Counted from the stretch's first letter, positions 1 through 9,892 are shown. The stretch is 64,000 bases of DNA from Desulfosudaceae bacterium (GCA_963674745.2 CAXXDV010000001.1:1184001-1248000); one strand, 5' to 3'. Notes: generated by a model from the letters alone, not told the origin. Program-made: numbers and translations.

Positions 1-1
1 G

Positions 2-319
2 CTTGGTATCGCCCAGCAGGGGGTGTCACGAATCGAGACCCAAGAGCTCAACGGGCGGGTAACCATCAAGACCATGCATCGAATGGCAAAGGCGCTGGAT
101 TGTCTTTTTGTTTACGGGCTGGTTCCCAAAACCAGCCTGGAAGAGACCGTCAGGCAACAGGCCCGGAAGGTTGCCCGGCAGCGCCTGGAACAGGCCACCC
201 AAAACATAAAAAACGAAAAACAAGCGCTTTCTGAAGATGAAAAAGAAAAGGTCATTGCCAACCTGGCTGACGCACTCATCCAGACCCTGCCCTCAACATT
301 CTGGGACACGAAGGATTAA
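2..319 (+). CDS. XRE-family HTH protein, 'mobile mystery protein A'-like (5' partial)
   Basis: Frame open from the window start: LGIAQQGVSRIE..TIKTMHRMAKALDCLFVYGLVPKTSLEE is the typical pattern of this family. Confidence 0.7.
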   Translation, partial: LGIAQQGVSRIETQELNGRVTIKTMHRMAKALDCLFVYGLVPKTSLEETVRQQARKVARQRLEQATQNIKNEKQALSEDEKEKVIANLADALIQTLPSTFWDTKD

Positions 320-322
320 ACA

Positions 323-1390
323 CTACCAGGAAACACGCTTTAATGCCGGCAGGAACCGCACCAGGTTAAGACAGGGCAACCAGGTGCCGGGCGTCATGGC
401 CAAACGGACCAGAAAACCGGAACCGGGCGGGTTGACCCGCCGGTTTCCAGACAACACACCGATTTTATTAAGGGTCTTGTCCGGGGGATAGAACACCTTT
501 TCACGGCCATGCCAGTCAGCTGGAAAAAGCCCTTCCGCCTTGATTTTTCGGGTATAAACACCGGGACGGGCAGACGTAATCGCCTGGTAAAGATATCCGG
601 CGCAGCAGATAATCGCACTCAGTCCGCCGCAGGTAATCGGGTTGGTCAACCCGGCAGCATCTCCGATCAGCAGCACCCGGTCGTGCTCAAACACCGTCCC
701 GTTGACAGCAATCGGTGCCGCCCCTTTATCCTCTATTTCACCTTTTATGTTGTAATCATTTATAAAATTGTCCAGGATGGTAAAGTTGCCGCCAGTGCCC
801 ACATTGAACACACCGTTACCTTTGGGAAATATCCAACCATAAGCATGATTGGATCGACCATCATGAAACATGCTGCCGACAAACACATCAAAATAGTCCT
901 CGCACCAATCCAGTCTCATTCGATATTGAACGCTCGGCACCAGGTCGACTCGTCCGTCAATTCGGGCCCGAAGCTTTGAAGCCGGCCCGTCAGCGCCCAC
1001 CACCCAGTCTTCATCCTTCTGATTTTCAAGCAAAAACTTCGTTGAAAAGGCAACCCTCACACCCCGTTGTCGCAGAAAAGCGACCATTCCCCGTTGCCAT
1101 TCGGTCCGCCTCAGGGTGGCGCCGCCCTGCTGCACGATTCCGTATTTTCGATTGGGAAAAAATACCCGGATCCCGTTCACCTGACGGGCAATATACGCTC
1201 TGGAGCAAAAACCGGTCTCCTGTTCCAATTTATTGAGTTTATCCAGAGAGATGCCTTCGGCACACAGAGAGGCGTGATAGTCGGATTCGCTCTTTCGTTC
1301 AAAAACGGTAATTTCAGCTTCAGGAATTCGGGAAAGATACAGGGCGGCGATCAGGCCGGCTGGCCCACCACCAATAATCGATATTTTCAT
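323..1390 (-). CDS. FAD/NAD(P)-dependent oxidoreductase, geranylgeranyl reductase-like
   Basis: IIGGGPAG Rossmann motif, VVGADG, YGWIFPKG, LIGDAAG. Confidence 0.85.
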   Translation of the reverse strand: MKISIIGGGPAGLIAALYLSRIPEAEITVFERKSESDYHASLCAEGISLDKLNKLEQETGFCSRAYIARQVNGIRVFFPNRKYGIVQQGGATLRRTEWQRGMVAFLRQRGVRVAFSTKFLLENQKDEDWVVGADGPASKLRARIDGRVDLVPSVQYRMRLDWCEDYFDVFVGSMFHDGRSNHAYGWIFPKGNGVFNVGTGGNFTILDNFINDYNIKGEIEDKGAAPIAVNGTVFEHDRVLLIGDAAGLTNPITCGGLSAIICCAGYLYQAITSARPGVYTRKIKAEGLFPADWHGREKVFYPPDKTLNKIGVLSGNRRVNPPGSGFLVRLAMTPGTWLPCLNLVRFLPALKRVSW

Positions 1391-1412
1391 TCTTGTTATT
1401 TTTTTGATTCCA

Positions 1413-2207
1413 TCATTTTTTTCCGCGCAGGGCTTTTAATGCCTGGTCGGCGGACAGCCCGTTATGGACGATTTCACAGGCTGTCCTGACGAACACTTCG
1501 GGGTTTTTGTGCTGAAACGCGTTCCGGCCGATGGACAATCCGGCGGCTCCGGCCTTCATGGCCCCCTCTATCATCTGCATGGTTTGTGCGTCCGTCTGTT
1601 TTGAACCACCGGCAATCACCACCGGCACCGGGCAGCCCCGGATAACTTCTGCAAAAGATTCCGGGTCCCCGGTATAGGGACATTTGACGATGTCAGCCCC
1701 CAGTTCGCCGCCCACCCTGGCAGCATGCTTGATGGATTCCAGGTTCTGCTTGACGGTTTCTCCCCGCGGATACATCATCGCCAGAAGGGGGATTCCCCAT
1801 TGATAACAAGACCTTGCCGTTTTACCCAGAAACTCCAGCATGACCGATTCCGTGTCCGCACCGACATTGACATGAACCGACACGGCATCCGCACCCAGAG
1901 AAACCGCCTCTTCGACATCACACACGGATATTTTGCTGTCCGGATGCGGCGCGAGGGCTGTGGAAGCCGAAAGGTGGATAATCAAACCAATGTCTGTTTC
2001 CTCGCTGCGGTTGGTAGACATGACAATGCCCTTGTGGACCACGGCCGCGTTGGCACCACCCCGGATGATCATATTAACTGTTTTATCCACATCTTCCAGC
2101 CCTGAAATAGGCCCCATGGTGACCCCGTGATCAAGGGGTACAATGACGGTTTTACCGGACTGCCGGTTGAAAATCCGCTTCATTCTGATTCGTTTGCCGA
2201 CATTCAT
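1413..2207 (-). CDS. DhnA-type class I aldolase, probably 2-amino-3,7-dideoxy-D-threo-hept-6-ulosonate synthase (AroA'-like)
   Basis: VPLDHG, MMYPRG, ELGADIVK (Schiff-base Lys), IGRNAFQ. Start moved to MNVGKR (2207) because the upstream extension runs through a REP palindrome. Confidence 0.8.
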   Translation of the reverse strand: MNVGKRIRMKRIFNRQSGKTVIVPLDHGVTMGPISGLEDVDKTVNMIIRGGANAAVVHKGIVMSTNRSEETDIGLIIHLSASTALAPHPDSKISVCDVEEAVSLGADAVSVHVNVGADTESVMLEFLGKTARSCYQWGIPLLAMMYPRGETVKQNLESIKHAARVGGELGADIVKCPYTGDPESFAEVIRGCPVPVVIAGGSKQTDAQTMQMIEGAMKAGAAGLSIGRNAFQHKNPEVFVRTACEIVHNGLSADQALKALRGKK

Positions 2208-2271
2208 TTTATTTTTTCCTGTTGTTGAAATTCTCTTCTTAAAAGTTAATATTGAAATTCTTTTCAGCCAC

Positions 2272-2330
2272 GTAGGGGCACCCCCCTGTAGGTGCCCAGC
2301 AGTCGGGCGGCCACGGGGGGCCGCCCCTAC
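2272..2330. repeat. REP-like GTAG palindromic doublet
   Basis: Intergenic GTAGGGGCACCCCCCTGTAGGTGCCC...GGGCGGCCACGGGGGGCCGCCCCTAC: inverted GTAG ends plus two GC-rich hairpins. Confidence 0.7.
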
Positions 2331-2391
2331 ATTACGCCTGCAAGACAAGCGGTATGGCTAAATGCAAGGGCCAAATCTGCCCGTGAACGGG

Positions 2392-4122
2392 TTATCCGTT
2401 TTGTTCATCCTTTAACACCCGCCGCAAGACCTTTCCGACGGCGGAGGTGGGTAAAACCTCCCGGAATTCTATGGATCGGGGTCGTTTGTAACCGGCCAGA
2501 CGTTCTTTGCAGAAATCAAGGATTTCCTGCTCGGTTGCGTCCATGCCCTCCCTCAACTGAACAAAAGCCCTGACCTCTTCCCCGCTCCTGGGATTGGGCC
2601 GGCCGACCACAGCGGCCTGAGCGATTTTCGGGTGCTGAAACAACACTTCTTCGACTTCCCTGGGATAGCAGTTGAACCCGCCGACCAATATCAGGTCTTT
2701 CTTGCGGTCGGTGATAATAATGTATCCATCTTCATCGATATGACCGATATCACCGGTTAAAAAATAACGCCGACCGTCAATTTCCCTGAAGACCTCCTTG
2801 TTTGCGTCAGGTTTCTGCCAATAGCCCGTCATGACCTGAGGCCCCCAGACGGCGATTTCACCGTCCTCACCCCGGGGCAGTACGGTTTCTCCGGTATCGG
2901 AATCAAGGATCTTGATATCGGTATTGGGAATGGGAAAACCCACCGAACCGAATTTTCGCAGCTCCTTATTGCTGGGGTTGCCGCAGATAACCGGCGCGGT
3001 TTCACTCAGACCATACCCCTCAAAAATAATCGATCCGGTCTTGGCCTCAAAGTTCATGGCCAGTTCCACCGGCAGCGGCGCACCACCTGAAGCGCAGCAG
3101 AGCAGGGAACTCAGGTCGTACTTGTCAAGATGGGGATGGGTTTCAAACGCGGAAAAAATCGTCGGCACCCCGACCAGAACGGTCGGCCGGTATCTTTCCA
3201 CCAGCTTGAGGACCTCGGTAAAAGGCGGGTCGCCGGCCCTGGGGTCGGGAACACAGACCAGCCGGCTGGCCGAAGCACAGGAGGTCAGCAGGCACATGGT
3301 CATACCAAAACTGTGATACCATGGCAACACGCCGATATAACAGTGAAACCCGCCTTTTCTGAGCTTTTCCGGGGGGGCGCCGGGTTCCTGGGAAAGATAA
3401 ACCCATTCATCCATGGCTTTGACGTCAAAAACAAAATTAGTGTGGGTCAGGGCGGCGCCCTTGGGCATACCGGTGGTTCCCCCGGTATAAATAATCAGGG
3501 CCAGGTCTTCAGAAGGATTGATCTCCACTTCCGGCGGTTCGGCCGGATGGGAGGCCAGTACATCATCATAAAAAAGATGCCCCGGCTCATGTCTTTCCGC
3601 CCGGGGAATTTTGTTGAAAAGACCGCCTAAAAAGCGTTTGAGCGGCGGTAGGTAGGCCTTTATATTGCAGACGACCACCGTCTGGACATCCGTTTCCTGA
3701 ATGGCCTGGACCGTTGTCGGGTAAAACTGCGGGTGATCCATGGCGAACACGGCTTTGGCACCCGAATCCTTGAGCTGATAATTCAGTTCTGACGCCGTAT
3801 AAAGCGGATTACAGGTCACGCAGATCGCACCGGCTTTGAGAATCCCGAAATATATTTCCGGGTACTGGGGAAGATTGGGAAGAAAGATGGCAACCCGATC
3901 ACCCTTGTTAATACCGCTGGCGTGCAGAAAAGCGGCGACCTTGTCGGCGGCGGCTTTAACCTCCGCGAAGGTGCGGGTACCATCGTTGAATATGGTATAC
4001 ACCTTGTCCGGATAATCTCTGGCGGCATCATCCAGAAAAGAAAACAGGGGAAGCTCATAGCCTGAAATCTCATGAGCAACGCCTTCGGGCCAGTAGGGTG
4101 TTGGCCAGGGTTGCAAACTCAT
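2392..4122 (-). CDS. Long-chain fatty acid--CoA ligase
   Basis: YTGGTTGMPKG, EGYGLSE, TGDIG, DRKKD, VGKVLRR. Start at MSLQPW has an AAGGAG RBS. Confidence 0.92.
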   Translation of the reverse strand: MSLQPWPTPYWPEGVAHEISGYELPLFSFLDDAARDYPDKVYTIFNDGTRTFAEVKAAADKVAAFLHASGINKGDRVAIFLPNLPQYPEIYFGILKAGAICVTCNPLYTASELNYQLKDSGAKAVFAMDHPQFYPTTVQAIQETDVQTVVVCNIKAYLPPLKRFLGGLFNKIPRAERHEPGHLFYDDVLASHPAEPPEVEINPSEDLALIIYTGGTTGMPKGAALTHTNFVFDVKAMDEWVYLSQEPGAPPEKLRKGGFHCYIGVLPWYHSFGMTMCLLTSCASASRLVCVPDPRAGDPPFTEVLKLVERYRPTVLVGVPTIFSAFETHPHLDKYDLSSLLCCASGGAPLPVELAMNFEAKTGSIIFEGYGLSETAPVICGNPSNKELRKFGSVGFPIPNTDIKILDSDTGETVLPRGEDGEIAVWGPQVMTGYWQKPDANKEVFREIDGRRYFLTGDIGHIDEDGYIIITDRKKDLILVGGFNCYPREVEEVLFQHPKIAQAAVVGRPNPRSGEEVRAFVQLREGMDATEQEILDFCKERLAGYKRPRSIEFREVLPTSAVGKVLRRVLKDEQNG

Positions 4123-4301
4123 GACAAACTCCTTGTGTTCTTGTTGCTTGAAAAATGTGTCATCAATTATATAGGGTGTTTTTAAAACTGTAAGCAACTT
4201 TTTTCGAAAAAAAAGCGCCCCGGTTGTTTTTGACTTACCGGGAACAGGAAAACGACGGAAAAAGAAAAATCATTTTTTTACGCGCCGGTCAAAGATAATG
4301 A

Positions 4302-4330
4302 TTGACTGGCGCCTGTGCCTCTGCTAATAA
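4302..4330 (+). promoter_or_regulatory. Candidate sigma70 promoter of the tRNA
   Basis: TTGACT-N17-TAATAA with an extended TG, 11 nt upstream of the tRNA. Confidence 0.45.
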
Positions 4331-4341
4331 AAATTTTTTAT

Positions 4342-4417
4342 GGGGCTGTAGCTCAGCTGGGAGAGCGCATGACTGGCAGTCATGAGGTCAGGGGTTCGAT
4401 CCCCCTCAGCTCCACCA
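4342..4417 (+). tRNA. tRNA-Ala(GGC), probable integration site
   Basis: 76-nt cloverleaf GGGGCTGTAGCTCAG...TCCACCA, anticodon stem CATGA/TCATG with loop CT-GGC-AG, TTCGA T-loop. Confidence 0.97.
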
Positions 4418-4436
4418 AAATTCTACAATGATGAGG

Positions 4437-4472
4437 AAGGGTTAACCGAAACGACGGTTAGCCCTTTTTCTT
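4437..4472 (+). terminator. Intrinsic terminator between the tRNA and the convergent integrase
   Basis: AAGGGTTAACCG-AAACGA-CGGTTAGCCCTT hairpin followed by a T tract. Confidence 0.7.
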
Positions 4473-4475
4473 TGG

Positions 4476-5546
4476 CTAGACTGCTGTGTGTGAATCTGTG
4501 TGTGAATTTTGCCTTGCTCGTTCAAATACGGCTATGGCTGTCCGCTCCATATCACCCATGCTGTGCAGGTAAATTTCGGTTGTCTTGCGGTTCTCATGCC
4601 CCAGAATCCGCTGGATAGCGCCGATAGGAACATCATTGCCATCCATGATAGATGCCCCGGAATGTCGCAAGGCATGGAATCGGAAATAACGGACGCCGGC
4701 CTTTTTACAAAGGCTCTTCATAAACTTCTTTCTATCCTTATAGGGGCCGATACAAAATTCGCCTTTTTTCTTGCTCCAGAACCGATGCCAAAAAACCCAT
4801 GGAATTTCAGAAGAACGCTTGTTAAAACGACTCTGTAAAACATTGTGTAGCTTTTCGGTCATAGGAACCTTTCGCGGAGTCAGGTGCCCACCGCGTTTTT
4901 TTCTCGTATACAGAATGACATATCTTTCAACAAGATTAACATCGTCCCATACAAGCCTGTTAATTTCGCTTACACGGCCCATGGTTTCTCTGATGGCCCA
5001 GAGATAGTCCTGGGTGTCGGGATCGGCAACGGCTATCACCTTATCAATATCTTCACTGGATGGAACATATTTAGCCTTACGTTCAACCGGAAAAAACCTT
5101 ATATCTTCCGTGGGATTGTCACGTATCAGCTTTTGTCCGATCCCAAAATTAAAGACGGCTCGCAAGTACCGTAAATCCTGATTGGCGGTATATGCCGAGA
5201 CTTTATGCCGTTGATAAAGGTGTTTCTGGATCATACTGGCAGTTATTTCGTTGCAAGGTAAATGACCCCAGAGATTGATCCAACGGCGTGCCATATACAC
5301 ATAAGATGTGTAATGGCTATCAGAGTTATATGCCCGTACATGGTCAAGTTTCAGATTCAAAATATCCAAAAAGCCCATGTCTGTTGGCATCTCCGGATAC
5401 GACGGTGGATTGAGTATTGCCTCCTTTCTTTGTTGTTGCGCCTTCATGGCTTCTTTTTTTGTTTTGAACCATGCCTCCGTGTGTCTGGTTCCTTTGTGGA
5501 CGAAGTCGAACCTCCATCCTTTCCCTTTTACCGAATAAATGCTCAT
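4476..5546 (-). CDS. Tyrosine recombinase/integrase
   Basis: TMGRVSEI (R), FHALRH, LGHE, TTEIY catalytic set. N-terminal arm-binding-like domain. GGAAGGAG RBS before MSIYSV. Confidence 0.93.
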   Translation of the reverse strand: MSIYSVKGKGWRFDFVHKGTRHTEAWFKTKKEAMKAQQQRKEAILNPPSYPEMPTDMGFLDILNLKLDHVRAYNSDSHYTSYVYMARRWINLWGHLPCNEITASMIQKHLYQRHKVSAYTANQDLRYLRAVFNFGIGQKLIRDNPTEDIRFFPVERKAKYVPSSEDIDKVIAVADPDTQDYLWAIRETMGRVSEINRLVWDDVNLVERYVILYTRKKRGGHLTPRKVPMTEKLHNVLQSRFNKRSSEIPWVFWHRFWSKKKGEFCIGPYKDRKKFMKSLCKKAGVRYFRFHALRHSGASIMDGNDVPIGAIQRILGHENRKTTEIYLHSMGDMERTAIAVFERARQNSHTDSHTAV

Positions 5547-5670
5547 GAATCTCTCTCCTTCCTGGGAAAAACAGAGACCCACCGAGCTTCCTGGCACCCA
5601 GTTTATCTGCATTTTTGTAAACCCATGACAGGCTTTTTCGCAAATAACGGGCAACCTCCTCGACCGTCAT
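5344..5670 (-). CDS. Excisionase-like HTH protein overlapping the integrase 5' end
   Basis: MTVEEVARYLRKSLSWVYK..KLGGSLFF is an Xis/HTH_17-type pattern. Confidence 0.6.
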   Translation of the reverse strand: MTVEEVARYLRKSLSWVYKNADKLGARKLGGSLFFPGRREIHEHLFGKRERMEVRLRPQRNQTHGGMVQNKKRSHEGATTKKGGNTQSTVVSGDANRHGLFGYFESET

Positions 5671-6040
5671 TATTTCAGGTTGAAAATCGGTGTCAAGACC
5701 TGTTTCTGGTATTATCGCACCGGTATCCAATGGACGGTTACCCTGTGTGGCCGAAAGCTGGGAGTCAGCTAAATTCAACATCCCTTTGGTGTGGTTTTTT
5801 TTCATACAACGCTCCAACAAACTAAGGTTTTTAAGTTTGTTGAGGAGCGACACCAAAAAGGACGAAAAACAGCATAACCATCTGTGACAATGGATAAAGC
5901 CAATCTAATTTTTAGTGCTCTAGGAAATAGCGGGGTACCCACAGAAGATGGCCATGATGATTCAACTGTATGTAATTATTGCAGGAAGAGGGGTGTTCGT
6001 TCAGATAAGGATATCGGGAAGAGGATTCAGGTGGCTGTTT

Positions 6041-6613
6041 TTATGGCCGGCCCTGCATAAGGAGTTCGATCCATTTTTCTGTACGACCAAAACATTCTGC
6101 CGTTGTCTTTATCCGTTTTTCCCGGCTTAAATTGGAGGGCAGTTGATCAAAATATCTTATCATGCCGTATAGACGTAAAGGCTTATAGCAAAAAGGGTAT
6201 CGACCAAAAATCTGTTTGTTGATCCGGGTCCAGTTTTTTTCTAATGCTTTCGATGTCTTTTCTCTTGGAAATAAAAAGCTGTTTCTTGTTGTCGAACATC
6301 TTTCGTTGCACAAATTTTTAAAAAAGTTTTCTAAATCAGCCTGCAAAGAACCTGGAATAATTATTTGGCGATTGTTGAACGTAAAGCTATTAAGAGCTTT
6401 GTTTTGTTTGTCAAAGACTTGTTTTATTTTAAGCTCCGTCAATTCGTCTTTTTGCAGGGTACAATAATAAGCCATTTTCATCGATATCAGTAAGCTATCG
6501 GCTTCTATTTTCTTTTTTCCCCGAAGGTTTTGTCCATACTGTATAACAGGATCAAAAAAATGGTTTTGAATATTTTGTTCGTTCCAATGAAAATTAATGT
6601 TTGGCCTCTTCAC
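6041..6613 (-). CDS. Hypothetical protein with possible degenerate tyrosine-recombinase fold
   Basis: YYCTLQKDELTELKIKQV, FLFP and KPLR echo the integrase boxes but lack catalytic residues. Confidence 0.4.
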   Translation of the reverse strand: MKRPNINFHWNEQNIQNHFFDPVIQYGQNLRGKKKIEADSLLISMKMAYYCTLQKDELTELKIKQVFDKQNKALNSFTFNNRQIIIPGSLQADLENFFKNLCNERCSTTRNSFLFPREKTSKALEKNWTRINKQIFGRYPFCYKPLRLYGMIRYFDQLPSNLSREKRIKTTAECFGRTEKWIELLMQGRP

Positions 6614-6913
6614 GTTACACCTTTCAACAGAATTTTTTGAAATCCGTCTGGCTTTTTAAAAATATATAGTCAGCCCACCCATTGTCAAATTCGGTTGTTG
6701 ACTTTCAGGCTCTCTCGTCCCCAATCCCTTCCTTATATATAGCCGTCCCTGCGCGCCCCCCTCAAACTAAAAAAAACTAAAGTATAACTAACTGATATTT
6801 GAGAACATTGGTTTTTCCGTGTCCTTTTTGGTTCCTCCTTCTAACAAATTATAAAACGAAAACTCATAACCCGAGCTCATCAGACAACTCGGCAATCACG
6901 AAAGGAGGACAAG

Positions 6914-7312
6914 ATGAAGAGCAGCGTAATTCAATTCAAACAAGAACAACTTAATCAAAAGGGAGGGAAAAGCTTGAAAAAAGAATTTTTATCAGAAGAA
7001 GAATTCCAACAATTAGTTGAAAGCTTCAAGAAAGACAGAGATGAAGACCTCAGTTTTAAGTGGAATCTGATCGGCTTAAGGGATGGACATGAATGGGTCC
7101 CAAAAGCTGGCTTCGCTGAAACAGATAAATACGTTTCATTCATAGACAGTATTTTAAATGAAGATAAATATGATCAATACAGTCGTATATGGGATCTTGT
7201 TTCAGATTACGAGAAAGACCCAAACTTTACAGATGTCGCGTGGGGCGCTTTCTGGAAAGGTTTTTACGAAGGCGTGACCAATTATTGGAATAAAATCATT
7301 AAACAATTCTAA
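6914..7312 (+). CDS. Hypothetical protein, paralogue 1
   Basis: AAGGAGG RBS; similar to the next ORF. Confidence 0.75.
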   Translation: MKSSVIQFKQEQLNQKGGKSLKKEFLSEEEFQQLVESFKKDRDEDLSFKWNLIGLRDGHEWVPKAGFAETDKYVSFIDSILNEDKYDQYSRIWDLVSDYEKDPNFTDVAWGAFWKGFYEGVTNYWNKIIKQF

Positions 7313-7324
7313 AGGAGAAAAATT

Positions 7325-7765
7325 ATGGATAATAAAAATGAAGTTATCTTTTCCGAGACCTCTGACGACTCTTACATTGATGAACTTTACAATAAGGAAG
7401 TAAAAGGCACTGAGCAGGAAAAGTTATCTGAAGAGGATTTCGATGAAATCGTGGCAAGATTCAAAAGAGAAAAAGAAATACTTATGAAGGTATGGAAGCA
7501 AGTCGGTTTTAGAGACGGTCAAGTATGGGCTCAATGGTCACCATATTTTGGAACCCGCGAGTATGTCGAAAGTTTGGACGAGAGGATTAAGGCAGGAACT
7601 CCTTGGCCAGACACTGGTGATAGACCATATTTACATATGGTTGAACACTATTTTGATAATGAACACTGGGCTTACAGTACAGAAGAGTCATACTGGCTGG
7701 GATTTGCTGATGGTGTTGTGTTTTTGTGGAACAAAATCAACGAGCATATCGAAAAAAACAAATAA
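7325..7765 (+). CDS. Hypothetical protein, paralogue 2
   Basis: AAGGAG RBS; shares LSEExF, GxRDGxxW and WxGFxxGVxxxWNKI with the previous ORF. Confidence 0.75.
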   Translation: MDNKNEVIFSETSDDSYIDELYNKEVKGTEQEKLSEEDFDEIVARFKREKEILMKVWKQVGFRDGQVWAQWSPYFGTREYVESLDERIKAGTPWPDTGDRPYLHMVEHYFDNEHWAYSTEESYWLGFADGVVFLWNKINEHIEKNK

Positions 7766-7833
7766 TCATATTCTTATCAATAATGCTCTCCAACACTCTG
7801 TCGGGGAGCATTATTATTTTTAGGAGGATAGAA

Positions 7834-8208
7834 ATGGATTCAAGAAAAAATTCACCGGTAATAACAGGCAAGGTAACTGATGATGATTGGCTAAACCTTT
7901 TTGCCAAAATTTATTTAGCTGACCTTTTTGTTATGCGCCGTGGTTGGGGTATGAGCTGGAACGCTTCTGACAGAGGCAGTTGCTTCAGAGAATGCATAGA
8001 TCATTTTATAAAGCATTACAGTTTACAAGCTGACTTTTGGGACATTGATAAAACCTATTCGGATAAGCTGAACGAATGGAAGGCCACTGAAAACATGACC
8101 GATGGTTTTATAAGGGCATCTATATCTATTATGAAAGAGGATCATGCTGAATTTACATTAGAAGAAGCAAAGAAAGAGTACGTTCGGCAGATACAGATCA
8201 CCAATTAA
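7834..8208 (+). CDS. Hypothetical protein
   Basis: AGGAGG RBS before MDSRKN. Confidence 0.65.
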   Translation: MDSRKNSPVITGKVTDDDWLNLFAKIYLADLFVMRRGWGMSWNASDRGSCFRECIDHFIKHYSLQADFWDIDKTYSDKLNEWKATENMTDGFIRASISIMKEDHAEFTLEEAKKEYVRQIQITN

Positions 8209-8273
8209 AACGAATAAATATTGAAGCGTCTCAGCTTACCTGCTGGGGAGCTTTTTCTTTAAAGGAGTAAAAA

Positions 8274-8828
8274 ATGAATACGACAAAATTAAGATCACCT
8301 CAAGAAGTTGCCCGAAGAGTTGCAGTATTAGGCAATTTGTTTTTCAAAACATTTGACTTTAACAATGAAAGTTACGTTAAATTTTTAAAGGAGAAAGGGT
8401 TGTGGAAAGACGCCTCTCCAGCAGAAAAATCTTTTTTTAGCCACTCAACCCCAAGTGAAAATGACATATACCTTGCAGCATGGAGGGCTGAAGCGGCCTG
8501 GGTCTTACTTTGGGCCTTAAACCAGGTTCCTGAATTGGGTAGCCCAGAGACAAGATGTGATATGACTTTTCTTGCCAAGACGATTCTTTTTATAAATATG
8601 TCTCCAGATGATTTCATTGAAAACGCGGTTCTAAGGCCAGTTGAAGAAATTGTTGAAGCGGCACATGATATTTATCACGCTCATTGGGCCGCACGTGACA
8701 GAGACTTAAGAGGCGTCACTAAATATGGGGATCTCAGCACGGATGTTTTAGACGAGAGGCACCATGCCATTAACTGGCTAATATGTTTCAATGATGACGA
8801 TTGGGATAATGTTATAACCGACACCTAA
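8274..8828 (+). CDS. DUF4272-like protein
   Basis: WRAEAAWVLLWAL, HWAAR, ERHHAINWL, C-terminal DWDNVITDT. Confidence 0.75.
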   Translation: MNTTKLRSPQEVARRVAVLGNLFFKTFDFNNESYVKFLKEKGLWKDASPAEKSFFSHSTPSENDIYLAAWRAEAAWVLLWALNQVPELGSPETRCDMTFLAKTILFINMSPDDFIENAVLRPVEEIVEAAHDIYHAHWAARDRDLRGVTKYGDLSTDVLDERHHAINWLICFNDDDWDNVITDT

Positions 8829-8860
8829 CTCATAGGTGCCGCAATCAGAACACCGCTATT

Positions 8861-8894
8861 AAAAAAGCCAGACTCTAACCAGGGCCTGGCTTTA
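8861..8894 (+). terminator. Intrinsic terminator
   Basis: AAAAGCCAG...CTGGCTTTT hairpin. Confidence 0.55.
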
Positions 8895-8975
8895 TTGTTT
8901 ACAGTCACCCCGTTCGATCTCCCTAGTCACATAGAACATATTAAAAAGGTCATTAATCATAAGGAGGATTGAATC

Positions 8976-9164
8976 ATGGCAAACAAGACACTTGTACCCT
9001 TAATGTTGTCGGTCCCTGAAGAAGTCAGGGATGAACTAAGAAGAATCGCGGCCCGGCAGAACCTGGAGAGAACAGACCGCGTCATTTCAGCGGCCGAGAT
9101 AGCCAGGGAAGTGCTGTGCATGCATTACAAAGAGTATATTACCGAGGAGAATAATAATGAGTGA
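8976..9164 (+). CDS. Small ribbon-helix-helix-like DNA-binding protein
   Basis: AAGGAGG RBS; LMLSVPEEVRDELRRIA..SAAEIAREVL strand-helix-helix pattern; overlaps the primase start. Confidence 0.55.
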   Translation: MANKTLVPLMLSVPEEVRDELRRIAARQNLERTDRVISAAEIAREVLCMHYKEYITEENNNE

Positions 9165-9891
9165 TTATTACACAAAACTAAAATCAAAAAATGACATATT
9201 GTCCGTGGCCTATAAATTAGGCTTTTCAGGGAAATCTTCAGGCCGTTGTACCCAAGGCGAATGTCCAAAACACGGCAGTTCTGGTAGAAAATGCCTGACA
9301 ATCTGGCCGGGCATACAGGGCTGGAAATGTTATCACTGCGGAGAATCTGGAGATGTTATCAATCTGGTAATGCATTACAAGAAGATGAGCCTGGTCGAGG
9401 CGGTAAATTATCTTGCCGATCAAGCCGGGATGCCACATCTAAACGGAAACGGCATGACGGAGGAAGAAAGGAAAAAGCTCGAGTCAGAGCAAAAAGAAAA
9501 GGCTCTTGTCTATGGCATGCTGACTACAGCTGCAGAATGGTACCATAAACAGCTTGAAAAACATCCTGATATCAAAGAGCACCTGTATAACCATTACGGT
9601 TTTTCCGAAGATATTATAGCGGAATTGCGGATCGGGTTTGCACCTCCGACGGAGAAGAAGCAGTCGGCCCTTGCGGACCATTTGAACTCCATAAGCAAAT
9701 ACAAAGGCCATATTACCAAAACAGGGTTGTTCAACTTCAAGAATCCAGCCGGGCCCTTCTGGGATTTCTTTAATGGCCGAATAATTTTCCCCTTTTGGAA
9801 AAACGGTATGGCCGTAAACCTGATAGGTCGGGCAACAGACAAAACACCGGAAAATCAATATGAATGTTATACAATGAAAGAAGAGGATTAA
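9157..9891 (+). CDS. DnaG-like primase N-terminal part (CHC2 zinc finger + N-terminal core)
   Basis: CPKH..WKCYHCG, GDVI, IGFAP, FNGRIIFP, LIGR. Confidence 0.85.
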   Translation: MSDYYTKLKSKNDILSVAYKLGFSGKSSGRCTQGECPKHGSSGRKCLTIWPGIQGWKCYHCGESGDVINLVMHYKKMSLVEAVNYLADQAGMPHLNGNGMTEEERKKLESEQKEKALVYGMLTTAAEWYHKQLEKHPDIKEHLYNHYGFSEDIIAELRIGFAPPTEKKQSALADHLNSISKYKGHITKTGLFNFKNPAGPFWDFFNGRIIFPFWKNGMAVNLIGRATDKTPENQYECYTMKEED

Positions 9892-9892
9892 A

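Noticed and set aside
2208..2348. N-terminal extension of the aldolase ORF
   Set aside because: It is the translation of the REP-like palindrome; family similarity begins at MNVGKR
4382..4618. ORF overlapping the tRNA
   Set aside because: Reads through the tRNA and terminator, antisense to the integrase
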